From assembly GCA_000388065.2 (NCBI GenBank), contig KB932202.1: a stretch of DNA of 64,000 nt; one strand, 5' to 3'. The stretch's first letter is position 1. Each line of letters opens with the position of its first letter. The notes beneath the pieces are model-generated. The model saw only the letters and a program-made list of their open reading frames with translations. It ran no database searches and was not told where the DNA came from. A program made the position numbers and the translations under genes. Positions 12,790-24,570 of this stretch are shown piece by piece. The DNA comes from Fonticula alba ATCC 38817. Taxonomy: Eukaryota; Protista; Nucleariida.

Positions 12790-14454
12790 TCCCATCCTGC
12801 GAGTGGTGGCGGCGGCCGAAGCCCCAAGAACGTACCATGCTTTCTGGAGCAGTGGATGTCATTGATCCAGAGGGCACAAATGTGGTGGTCACGCCCGCAA
12901 AAGAGCGAGCCTCCCTCCGACGGCAGGGTGACCATGTGCCGGGAGGCCTCGCCGTCGCTGCGCTGGGCATCGGCGTCGATGAGGGTGCTGGCGGCCCCGC
13001 CGGCGGTGCTGGAAATGGCCCCCGCCGGAGCGCCGGTCACCCCGGCCGCCGCGCCCGCAATCCCCGATGACCCGGGAGACGGCTGGACATACGGCGTGTT
13101 GAAGGCCAGTGGCAAGACCAAGCTGGCGTGCAGCTTGCCGGGATGCCCGAAAGGGCGCTGAATGCCGCCCCCGCGGGCGGTCAAATGCACCCCGCGCCGT
13201 AGACCCCCGGCCGGGAGGCTCCCAGCGGTGACGACGGTGGCGGCCGCCGTCGCGGCGGCGCCCGGCGAGGAAAGGACCCCGGGCCCGAGGCCCGACGTGT
13301 GGGCCGGCGGCGAGCCGCTTGAATCGACGAAGGCCAGCGGGATGGCGGCCGCTTGGTGGTAGGGGCCGCCGGGGCCGCTGCCGGACCCTCGAGAGCCGGC
13401 ACTGGCCTCGGCCAGCAGGGACATGGTGGCCGGGTCCAGCGGCACCGGGTTCCCCGGCGGATACCACCACCACCACTGGCTGTCGGTGCCCGGGTGGAAT
13501 GGCCCGTGGCCGGTGGCCCCGCCGGGGTCCTGGCCCGGCTGCTGGCGGGCGCCCCCCTCGACCCCGAGCTGGGTGGCCACCGCCGGGAGCAGCATCTCCT
13601 CGGCATTGGCCGCGGGCCAGAGCCCGGCGCCGGGGGCCGAAGCGGGCCCCCCCCCCGTGGTCGGGCGGGCGAAGTCCCCGGGCCCGGTGCCGGCGCCGGC
13701 CGCCGACACCGGCATCTCGAACTTCCCCTCGGCCAGGGGCGCCGGCATGCCGGTCGGCATGGTGTCCGTCAGGCGATCATTGGAGGAGCGGGCATCCTGA
13801 TCGCTGGCCTCCCTTCCCTGGTCCTCCTGCGGGTAGAAGCCCTGCGAGTCGGGGCCGCCTGCCGGCCGGCGCATGTCCTCCTCCGAAGCGGAGTAGGGGA
13901 GGGTGGCCATGCCGGCCAGCTGATGGTGCGCGGCCGGCACCGTGGCCAGCAGGTCATCCTGCTCCGGGCCATCGAGCATGTCCACCTCTCGGGACCCCTC
14001 GGCTCCCCCTTGGCTGGGGGTGGCCGTGGCCATGGGGGCTGCTGAGTCATCGGCGGCCGGCAGGGCGTGCAGGTCGCCGGAGCTGCCCTCTTCCTGGCGC
14101 TCGGAGGCTGCCCCATCGGCCAGGGCATCCATCGAGTGGTCGGTCGAGTGCATCCGGTGCGCGGCCAGCAGGCGGCTGTCGGAGTGGTCATCATTGGCGG
14201 TCAGCTGCGACAGGGAGGACTCGGACTTGGGCCCGGCGCCGGCGCTGTCGTCGGACTGCTCGCCGGCCGCCGGGGGGGCGCCCCCGCGGGCAGCCGGCCG
14301 GGAGCCCGGCTTCGGCGACTCATGCACCCGAATGCAGGCCCCTTGGCCAGCCTGGCACATGGGCCCCCCGGTGGTGGCGCCTGCCGGGGGCGAAGCGTCC
14401 ACCGGCCCGGGAGGGCGCTGTTGGTCGGGCACCAGGCCGGCTGACTGGTCTGGC

Positions 14455-14486
<32 letters not shown>

Positions 14487-14726
14487 CTCGGCCGGAGCAT
14501 GCGGCCCGGTCTCGGCCGCGGCCAACGCGGGCGAGCTCCCCGCCCCCGGGGAAAAGGCCTGCACAGCCCCATACGGCGACGACTTGCTGAGCACACATCG
14601 CCTCAGGTACGTGTGCAGCGGATGGGAGATGGTCGGCACGGAGGTGGCGCACGGGGGCGGCGGGCCCGGCAGTGGGAAGGGAGCTGTTGAGTAGCCTCCA
14701 ACAGGCGGCGACTGGTAGGGCAGCAT
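11902..14726 (-). CDS. Low-complexity protein with a C-terminal FHA domain (PNKP/APTX/APLF-like FHA)
   Basis: Large first exon 14726->12836, intron 12835-12721 (GTACGT...CAG), exon 12720->12204, donor GTAAGC at 12203. Splicing gives SLFCGRDHHIC...DIHCSRKHAEIVLE...LFGSNPTKV...LRDGDTVVF, i.e. the FHA GR, SRxH and xxN motifs. The start and the last exon (stop taken at 11902) are uncertain. Confidence 0.65.
12727..12788 (+). repeat. Poly-G homopolymer (62 nt); poly-C tract of the FHA-gene intron on the minus strand
   Basis: Uninterrupted G run. The length may be unreliable in a short-read assembly. Confidence 0.9.
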
Positions 14727-17700
14727 GGTATTCCGGCGGCGGGTGCACGCGGCGATGCACTTGCACAGGGGGATGGGCTTTGGACGAGGGGCTGCGGAGC
14801 AGCTTTCAAGAAGCCTGTGCCAGACGGACGGCCCAATCGAGTGAGCAGGGCGAAGTTGAGGGGAGGGGAGGGGAGGGGAGGGGANNNNNNNNNNNNNNNN
14901 NNNNNNNNNNNNNNNNNNNNNNNNNNNNNNNNNNNNNNNNNNNNNNNNNNNNNNNNNNNNNNNGGTTTCTCTTCGCCGCGGCCTTCGTGCCGCGCCACAG
15001 GGGGGGGGGGGAAGGGCGCCCAGGTGGGGTTGACGCTCGAGCGTGAGGATGCGTCGGCGCGCGCACACTAAGAGCTATCCAACACGGGTCATGGGGTGGC
15101 CTGGGCGGAGACCAAGAGCTGAGGGGTGTTCAAAAAAAAAAGAGCCAAGTTAGAAGAGTGGAAAGGGTGCGCCGACGGATGAAGGGCGACGGCGCATAGG
15201 CGCCAGTGCCCGGCGGGGGAGGGGGGGACATGGCCCGACGGGTGGGTACCTGATGAAGGGGAGACACAAAGCACGATGCTTACAGATGGCCGAGGCGGGA
15301 AAGGGGTCTCTGGCTTGGCAGCGCGGGTGACTGATCGAATGGAAGGTGTCCGGGTACGGGGGCGGCAGGAGTCTTTCTCTTGTGACGAGCTCTAAGCAAT
15401 GAGGCTGAGACGTGGTTGACGCTGAGGGGAGCTCTTGCACCGGAGGCGGAGCTTGGCTGTGGGCGCGGGAGTGCGTGGGCGCGAACGCGAGTGTGCTGGG
15501 GCCGTCTCAACCGGGGAGAAGGAGCCTGCTCTGTGAGTCCAAAAGCGGAAAAAGCACGATGTCGGGAGGGAGACCGGGGGGGGGGGGGGGGGGGCGACAA
15601 GCAAGGCAGTGGCCGGGGGTGTCAGTGTCCGTATGTGACAGGCGATTGGGATGCTCATGACATCAGCTTGCTCCAAGGCCGGCGGGGGCAGGACCCTGGT
15701 GAAGCAGACCAGAAAGAGGGGATATCGAGGCAGGGGGGGGGGGGCTGGAGGGGACAGAGCGATGGTGCCAGGGAAGCGAAGGCAACAAGTTGGATGGCAA
15801 GTGGCCTCCTTGTCCCCGCTGGATCTGTCTTTACCAGGACAAGCAATCGGCCTTTCACCGCCGATGCTGAGGGTCGAGGGGAAATGCGAGGCCGTGACTC
15901 ACACGCAAGGCAAGACAGGGGACCAGGGGATCGACAAGATCAGGCACAACCTCACCGAGCGTCTAGGCGCGGTCGAAGGAGGCAGTGGCGCGGAGGGGAG
16001 ACGAAGTGGGGCAACAGAGAGTAGAGAGAAGGGAGCGGTCGAGCACGAGGAGGGGTGGGAGGAGAGGCGACAGATGGGGGGAGGGGAAAAGACCTGGGCT
16101 GGATCGAAACGAAGTGGTATACACGGAAGCGCAGGCTATTCGGCTGTGATGCAGTGTAAAAAAAATCGCCCACACGGGGGCCCAAGTCGACATCCCCAGC
16201 CTGTCCCACCCGGAGAGAGGGCGACAGAGCGAGAGCAAGAGAGAGAGAGAGGGGGGGGGAGGGAGAGGGAGAGAGAGAGAGAGGACGAGCGAGACAGCCG
16301 GGGAAAGAAAGCACACGAGAGATGGCTGGGTGTATATCGGGGGGCTGTGGGCAGCACCCCAGTCAGACATGTCATCGGCGCAGAGGGTCTGCCTCGGACA
16401 CGCGCAAGCTCCGGCTCGTGCCAAAGCATGCACGATCGGCGATGGAAGGTCTTTGGGGGCGATCGCCAAAGGGCCCAGTCCGGGCGGTGGACCGCCGTGA
16501 GATGTCATCCGGACCTTCGGACCATAACGGCCCTGGAGATGATGGGCACATTGCCGGGCGGGGGGGGGGGGGGTGCAAAGTATACGTCCCAGCCCTCGGC
16601 GCTCCGGGGAGGGCCAGCCGTCGATCGAGGGGCACCAGCTTGGTGAAGCAGGCCCTCCGCCGTCAGCGTATCGTTTGCACAGACACACCCTCATGCCGCG
16701 TTGGCCTGTCTGTCCTGGACGGGACGCCGCGGCCCCCTGAGAGCGGGGATCCTCCTCGGCATTCCCCAGAGCCAGGGGGGGCGGGACGGCGAGTGGCCAG
16801 TAAAGCGATGCACCGCCCCAGGGTTGTGGAGGGCGAGGGCGGGGGGGGGGGGGGGGCCGGAGACAGCAGCCGGCGGGGAGAGTGGGAGAAACAAGCACCG
16901 GGCGCGGGCGCCCCTGCTCGCGCGCCGCATGAGCGCCAGCACGCGCCGCATAGCAACGGCACCCCCTTCGACCGGGACGACAACCACCGCCGGGTCGGGG
17001 ATGGCTCAGCGAGCCCGCGCCCGCCTCCGTGGCCGAGAGCAACAACAGGTATTAACACACCTGCTTGTTCCCACCCCGGGGGGGGGAGGGGGGGAGACAG
17101 GACGCCCTCGGTCGACCTCCCCCACAAGTCTACCTCCGCCGGATGGCGCCTGCGGCCGGTGTGTCACAGGCTCGGCAGATAGATCGGTCAGCTGCTGCCA
17201 GCGGTGGCCTTCTCCACCAGGCCGGGTGATGCATTTCCCGCCTCGATAAGGTCGCCGGGTCTTTGGGCATTACATCAGCTACGGTGCTGCCGCCTGGAGG
17301 CTGAGGTCGGGCGCGTGGAGAGGGAAGGGGGAGGGGCGCGCGGGAACGAGGGGCGAGGTCCAACTGACCCCCCGCCCCTACCCCCCAGCCCGGACCCCGG
17401 CGGTCTGCCAATGGAGCCCGGGGGATGTTCCCATCGGAAGGAGGCGTCCGGTTGTGGGTCTGGCTCCATCATCCGTGTGCGCCAGCCCGCCCGGCTTATC
17501 TCCCCGCCTGTGTGACGCCTGTGGGCTGGGGGGGGGGGGGGGGGGGGACCAGGGCGGTGAGGGAAAACCGGCTAGAACGAGGGACAAAGAAAGAGACTCA
17601 TTGACTCAGCGTCTGAAACCCGGGGGGAGAGGGGGGGAGAAGAAAACCAAGGAGGGGCGGGCACCCACAGAGCGAACGCCCTCAACAACCCCCGCCCCCC

Positions 17701-19982
17701 CCCCCCCATGGGGAGGATGTCGGGAGCAAATATTTTCCCCCCACCCCGTATATGTTGCACACGCGTGCGCACGTATGTGTGCGTGTGTGTTCACCACGGC
17801 GCCTTCAGACCGAGGGCGCCATCGAGGAGACCCGCCAGCATCCCACATGGCTGCATGTGGAGCAATTGAGCGCATGCATCTATTTGTTGTGGGATGGTCC
17901 TGATCATGGGGCCTAGCCCATTGACCCGGCGTACGGCCCATCTCAAGGATGCTGGCACCGTAGTTGCTGGGGGGAAGCCGGAAAGCAGCGCTGACGAAGA
18001 GCCCACAGGGCCAGTGCATAAGGGCGTCCGGCCCTGGGCGATGCACCCAGGGGACACAGTCAAGCGGGGGAGAAGGTTGAAGGGACACACATGACGCACA
18101 GAGCATTCGAGCTCCTTGCTCGGCCCCGGGGGGAGGGGGGGGGGTCATGGAGGGGCGAGGAAGGGGCCGCCAAGGGGCCTGGGAGGGGATTACCGGTGGG
18201 GGGAATCCATCAACTGGTGGGGTACGCATGGTATGAAACCCCCGGAGGCCGGCCCGTACGTGGCCTCCAATGGCAACTCACGTAGCACACAGCACAGGCC
18301 CGCGCGCGCATTGGATTCGGCGATAATCTCCCCCGCACAGGTGTTCGTGCGGCATCCCCGGTTGCCGGGGGAAACCACACTTGAAGTCATTCCCACTCCC
18401 GGCCCCGCCATCCCCACGCCTGGGCCCGCCGGTCCGCCACCCCGCCCGCAGGCCTCCTGTGGGGCCGCCGGAAGAAGCATACCACGAGGTGAGCGAGGAA
18501 CATCGCGCCGGCAGACAAAAAGGGTATCCCCACACCCGGCGGCCGCCGAACCCCCGCCCGCAGAAAGGTCCCACCCGGCGAGCCGAAATAACCCACACAA
18601 TCGCCCCCGATGCGGTGTGCCCCCCTTTCCCCCTCCCCCACTCTCTGCAGGTTAGGCGCATGGCGCCGCGGTGGTGCGGAGCCCGGAGTTCCCCCGATCT
18701 CCTCCGCCGGCTCAGCCCGAAAAGGAGGGCAGACCATGGGCACGGCCACAGAGAGCCCACAACAGATCCCCCGGAGAACCGGAAGCCCCTCAACGAACCA
18801 ACCCTCGGGGCCCCCCTGGTCTCCGGCTGCCGTCCGGCCCCGGCGCGTCGAGCCGGGCCGGGCCGGGCCGAGGAGGGGGAGGGGGCAGGAGAGAACGGCC
18901 GGCACTGCACCTCGAGGAAACCGGCCCGATCCAGCGGCAGCGCCCGGCTCGAAGAGAGAAAGGTATCTGTGTGCAGGGGGGGGGGGGGGGAAGAAAAAAA
19001 AAGAAAAAAACAAGTCCAGCGGAAACACATATCAAACAGTTGTGGACGCTCTCCAGCTCGCCTGTCCGACCGATCGGCGCCGCCAGCCAGGGTGTTCCTC
19101 CGGCCCCACAATTCGCAGAATGTTGGACTCGGTATCTCAGTTACACGAGACTCGGTGTCACGTGCGGCGCTCCCTATAATCCATCGGATTATTATAGACC
19201 TGGGATGCTGTGCTTTGCTTGAAAAGGCGACCCACAAAAACAAGGGGCGGCGGGCCTTTTCAGTGCCTTCCCCGTGTTGTGCTCCGGCAGGGGACCTGGT
19301 TGGCCTGGGCATGCTTGTCCCTTCCCCCTTGCCCGCGGCCGCCCAGGACGACGCATCGCCGAATGCCGGTGGGTGCGCAATGTCCCCCCCCCCCCCCCCC
19401 GATGACCCGAGGTCGCTGCGCCCATCTCCCCCGGGCTTCTTCTGGCTCACGGCCAGCCAGCAGGGCGTAGGAGGGTGGGATCATTTTCATGGCTGGCGTG
19501 ATGGAGAGACCACGACACACTGGGCTAGGCCGTGCGTCGAGGCCGCCATGGTGTTCACGGCCAAAGCACCCCCCCCCCCCCCGGGAGCATCCGCGCCTCA
19601 CGGGAAAGCCCCCGCGCCGTTCGGAGCCCCGGGGCCCAGCCTCACCCGCCGGCTCCCATCCGTCTGCCGATCTGGTCGAGCGAGATCCCCCTGCCTGGAA
19701 GCCCGTCGCGAAGCCGGGACTTCGGCGCCCCGCCCTGAAGACGACCCACGCCGGCTGCCCCCAGCCGCGTCGAGCCCTGGCCTCCCGCCCCGTCCCCATC
19801 CCCCCGTCCCCATCCTCTGTGCCTCCCCTACCGCCACCCCGCTCCTCTCTCTTCCCTCCCCCCTCTCCGCTCCTGCCGCCCCCCTCTCTTCCTTTCTCTC
19901 TCTCTCTCTCCCCCCCTCCCCCCTCCCACTTCTCTTGCACCGGTGCCGGCGATTTGCCCCCCACCTTGATGCTTCTGCTCTC

Positions 19983-20369
19983 ATGACCGATACTCTGATC
20001 AACTCCAACTTTCTGGGGCCCCTTTCCGGCGATGGCCGGCTTAATCTGACCCTGCTCCGGGTGCCTGTCCTGCCGGTGGCCGAGGCGCCCGATGGTGGTG
20101 CTGTCCCCGATGCCACCGCCGCCAAGGGGAAGCCACTCACCAAGGGTGCCGGGATGGCCTGGGCTTCGACCACCGGCAGCGCGGCCGCGCCAAGCACCCT
20201 GCCGTCGGCGGCGGCCGCCCCTCGGGATGCCGGTTCCGCCTCCTCTTTTCTGGACTTGTCTCGGGTGGACTTCTGTCTGGCCCCGGAGGACCGTGCCAGC
20301 CTGAGGGCCACGGCCTCGGAGGCCGGCGCCGCGACTCCAGCCCCCACCCGGGCAGCGCCTCCCAGCTTT

Positions 20370-20401
<32 letters not shown>

Positions 20402-23400
20402 CACCTCCGCCGGCTCCGGCAACACCCCGGTCGTGGCAGCCAGCGCGCCGGCCACTCCCGCGGCCCCGGTTCCCGGTCGCCGGGTCGTCATGTCGTATGC
20501 GCACATGGCGGCGGCCAAGCTGCCAGCCGCCGAGACCGCGCCGGCCAATGCCCTGCCCGGTGGCCTGTCGCTGTCTGCGCTCCCGGCCCCGGCCTTCCCC
20601 CTGAGTCCGTCTCTCTTTTCCTTTACGCGGTCGCCGGCCCCTGTCGCCGCCCAGCCTGGCCATGTGTCGGACACGTCGCGTATGTCTTTTTCCCCCCCCC
20701 CTCCCCTCCCTGTTTCACCTCCTCCCCCCACCCCCTGAGGCGGGAGGGGGGGCTTCCCGCTTGGGTGTCGCTGCCCTGCTCCCCCTTGGGCCCCCGTCCA
20801 TCTTCCGCCCACTCACCCCTCTCCGCAGAGTCGCCCACCATTAGCCTCACCTGTGGTGGGGCGCCCAGCGCCGCGCCGATCTCCCCACAAGCTTTCATCG
20901 AGGATGTCGTTCCCTTGGTATCCGGTGCGTGCCGGGCAGTTTGATTTGTTGCAGCTCTGTCGCTATTCTCCTCGCCCGGGCTCGGTCCTGACCCCCGACA
21001 AAACCCCTCCCCCCTCTCCCCCCTCCCGACGATCTGGGCTTCCTTCCGGCCGGTTTGCCCGCCGGCCGACCCTCCAGAGCACCTTCGCAACTTTTCGCAA
21101 AAGGCCTCGGTCCCGCCCCTCCGGCCGCGTGGGTTCATCAATTCCGGGAACATGTGCTTCATGCACTCGGTGCGCTCGGCTGGCGGCTCCCTTTTTCCAT
21201 GGCCCTCCCCCCGGCGGCGGGGGTGGGGGGTCGTCCAACGTGGCTCCTGCTCCAACACTTGTGCTGACCTTGGCCCCTTCTGGCCGAATCCGAATTTCCC
21301 AGGTCCTCTCGCCGCTCATCCACTATGCCCCGATCCAGCATCTGATGGCGTCGATCCCGCCGCGTCACATGCAGGCCCTCTCCGAGCTGGCCCCCTTCCT
21401 GAAGGCCTTGTGCGTGGTGCACCATGCTCGTTTCTCCTCCCTCTCCCCGGCATGTCTCCCGTTGCGCTCCGTGTGCTTGGCATGACCGACTGACGCCGCC
21501 CTCCTGATGGGCCTTTCCATCCTGCCTCCCCTGCGGCTCCTTCTCCTTGCCCGACAGCGCGGACCTCATGCGCCAGTTTGAGCCGCTGACCGGGTCCGGC
21601 TCGCAGCCGGGCACCGCGCCGACCTCGCCGAATAAGCGTCAGCCGGTTGGTGCCGGGGCCACTGTCAGCACCAGCTCTGGGCCCCTCAACGGTGTGGGCA
21701 TTTCGGCTGACCAATTCCCCTCGACCCAGGGTCCCCTGCGTTTGCCGCAGGACATCCTGACCGCCGTTCACTCGAAGAAGGGCCTGGCCCTCACTGTATG
21801 TCCACGCGCATGCCGGCCTTCCCCTGCTCTCCTGGGCCCCCTCCCCCCCCCCCCCTATCTCTCCTTCCTGCTGACTCTTTCTCCTCACCTCCCCCTTTCT
21901 CGCCCTTGCTTTGTCTCCCCTCCTCTTCCACTGCACGCCCACTTAAATAGGGCAACCAGGAGGACGCCGAGGAGTTTCTCGGTCATATCCTGATGCTGCT
22001 GCATGAGGAGTTCTGCGAGAGTGCGCACTTCCCCTCCCTTCCCTCTGTCCCTTTCTTTCCCGCTCGCCTCCCCTCGTTCTTTCTCCGCACGACTCACGCC
22101 TTTGGTCATTTGCTCTCGCCCGCCGCCGCAGTCCTCCAGTACGACGACCGGCTGTTTAAGAAGCGCACCGGCCGGTCACGCACCGGCCAGGATGATGACG
22201 ATGATGACGGCTGGTCCGTGGTTACTGGCACATCGGGCAACCGAGTCGTGCATGCGCGTGCTGTGCGTTCTTTTGCGGTGCCTTTCGGCTTTCATTCATT
22301 GCCCGGCTCCCCCCCCCCCCACCAATCATCTCACCACCCCCGGCGTGCCTGTCGCTTCGTTATCCTCTTCAAACCCCCTGCAGGTCGGATCGGACTCCAA
22401 GTTCCCGACCCCCATCTCGCAGATTTTCTGGGGCCGGACGCGTAACATCGTCAAGATGGTCCACTCCAACACCCCCTCCATCACATTCCAGCCCTTCCAC
22501 ACGATCCCCCTCTTCATCAATGTACGCTGTTCCGGGAGGGCAAAGCGGGGGGGGGGGGGGGACTGCCCCGTCTTTAACCGGGCCTTTTCTCTCTGCCCTT
22601 TCTTCTCTGCCTTTTTCTCTCCACTCATCCTGCCTCTCCTTTGTCCCCTCTTCTCGTGCAGTGTCCGTCGGTCACCTCTCTGGAGGGTGCCATTCTGAAC
22701 TTCGTGCAGGAGGAACCGCTGCTTGGCTTTGTCGATTCGAACACCGGCCAGCCCGTGCGCATAGATCTTCCAACATCTGCGCTGCCTTTCTTCCTCATGG
22801 TTTTTTTTTTTGCTGACCTGCTCCTCCTCTCTCCTCCTCTCTCCTCATCACTCCTCCTCTCTCCTCATCACTCCCCCTCTCTCCTCATCACTCCCCCTCT
22901 CCCCCTCTCTCCCCCTCTCTCCCCCTCTCTCCTCCTCTCTCCTCATCCCTCCCTCCTATCCCCCTCTCAACAGGCCACGGCCCATCGGTCTTGCTCTTTT
23001 GAGACCCTTCCACCGATGATCATTTTCCACATGAAGCGCTTTGTGTACACCATCAAGCCCGTGTCCAACGGGCGAGACCAGCTCCTGCCCCCTGGAGGCA
23101 GCCCCCTCGGCGGCATTGACGACATGCCCGAGATGCCGGACATCAACATCGTCAAGATCCGCAAGCCAGTTAGCTTCCCGCTGCACCTCCAGCTCCCGGC
23201 CGAGTCCATGCATCGGAGCCTGTCCGCCTCCTCGTCCTACGAGCTTCATGCAGGTGTGTTTGCCTTCGGAATCCCCCCCCCCCCCCCTCCCCCCTCCCCC
23301 CATTGCCTTGCGCACCCCTCACTCACTCGCTCCTCCCACATCCGCCAGTGGTAAACCACCATGGCCCCTCGGCTCAGGGCGGGCACTACACCTGCTCGCT

Positions 23401-23632
23401 CAATCACCCGTCCCTGGGCTGGCTGCGCTTTGACGATTCTCATGTCACCCCGCTGGCCAGCCCGCCAGTGATCACCCCGGCCGCGGTGCGTGCAGCCGAG
23501 TATCCTCGGCCGCGGCCGGCGACCACCAGCAGCCCCCGCTCTTCGCCTCTGTTGGTGTCTGCCGCCGGGGCCGACCCCTCGGGTGATGAGAGCGGCGACG
23601 CGTACCTGCTCTTCTACCGGCGCTCAGGCTGA
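19983..23632 (+). CDS. USP10: Ubiquitin C-terminal hydrolase, USP10/Ubp3-like
   Basis: Cys box RGFINSGNMCFMHS, QEDAEEFL, acidic loop DDDDDDGWSVV followed by TPISQIFWG and TFQPFHTIPL (USP10/Ubp3 pattern), IIFHMKRFVY, His box VVNHHGPSAQGGHYT, WLRFDD, AYLLFYRR. Multi-exon with canonical sites; Ala/Pro-rich N-terminus. Confidence 0.9.
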
Positions 23633-24206
23633 CGCCAATCTGACAGGCACTTCTCGCCGTCCCTTTCTGTGTGTGCCTCTCGCTTGCTGGCTGGCTGGCT
23701 GGCTGGCCGGCTGGCTCTGCCTCACGGGCCGGCACAGGCCGCCGTCTGCTCCTCGAGCGCGTCCACCAGGGGGCCCCCAGGGTTCCCATTTGTCCTTGTT
23801 CCTTCTCCCTCATCACGTGAATGTATCCACATGAACAAACCTCTCTTCGTTGGCACCAGGCGATCCTTTCCCACAGTTACGCGCCTTGGCGCGCGCGCGC
23901 GCGCGCACCCCTCGCGAGGGAGGAGGGGGCTGGGGGGGGGCTGGGGGGGGGCCTGCACTGTGCGGAATCCCGGTCACCGGTCTTTGGGCATGGGAGGGGA
24001 GACAAGGGGCGCGATCTTGCCGCAGGTCGACTGCCCCCGGGGGTCGGCTTTTTCCATGCACTTCCCCTCCTCCGTCTTGCCTCGCCGCTCCCCGCCGCCT
24101 CTCCGGTGGGCCTTTTCCCCTTCTTGATCTATCCGTGCTCCCGCTTCCCTGCTTGCCGTTTGTTCTTGGCGTCGAGAAAAAAAAAGTCGCCCTCCTCACG
24201 CTGGGC

Positions 24207-24533
24207 ATGGAGTCCTCCCTGGACCATGCGTGCAACTTCTCCAGCCGGCTCTTCTTGGATCAGCTGCGTTATGAGTATGGAAGCAACCTCCTGCCGCCTG
24301 CCCTGTCCGGGCAAGCGCCCTTCTTGGGCAGCCCGCAGCCCAGCTGCTCTTTCCATGGTGTCCACTTGCCGGATCTATACTCCTTCGCCCTGTGGGACTC
24401 ACTGAGCGGCGGGTCGGCCTCGGTAACTTCGCCTCTGCCCGCGGCCATGGCCGTTGGCATGCTCCCCGTGCCGGACCATGTGTCCTTGGATCATGTCCGT
24501 CTTTCGCTGGGGCTGGCTGGCTATTCTCTCTCT

Positions 24534-24570
<37 letters not shown>

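Noticed and set aside
16350-16590. U3-like fragments (GACGTATACTTTG; GTCTGAC) on the minus strand, and GGGATCATTTT at about 19478 on the plus strand
   Set aside because: Boxes A', A, B, C and D do not occur together in the correct order and spacing.
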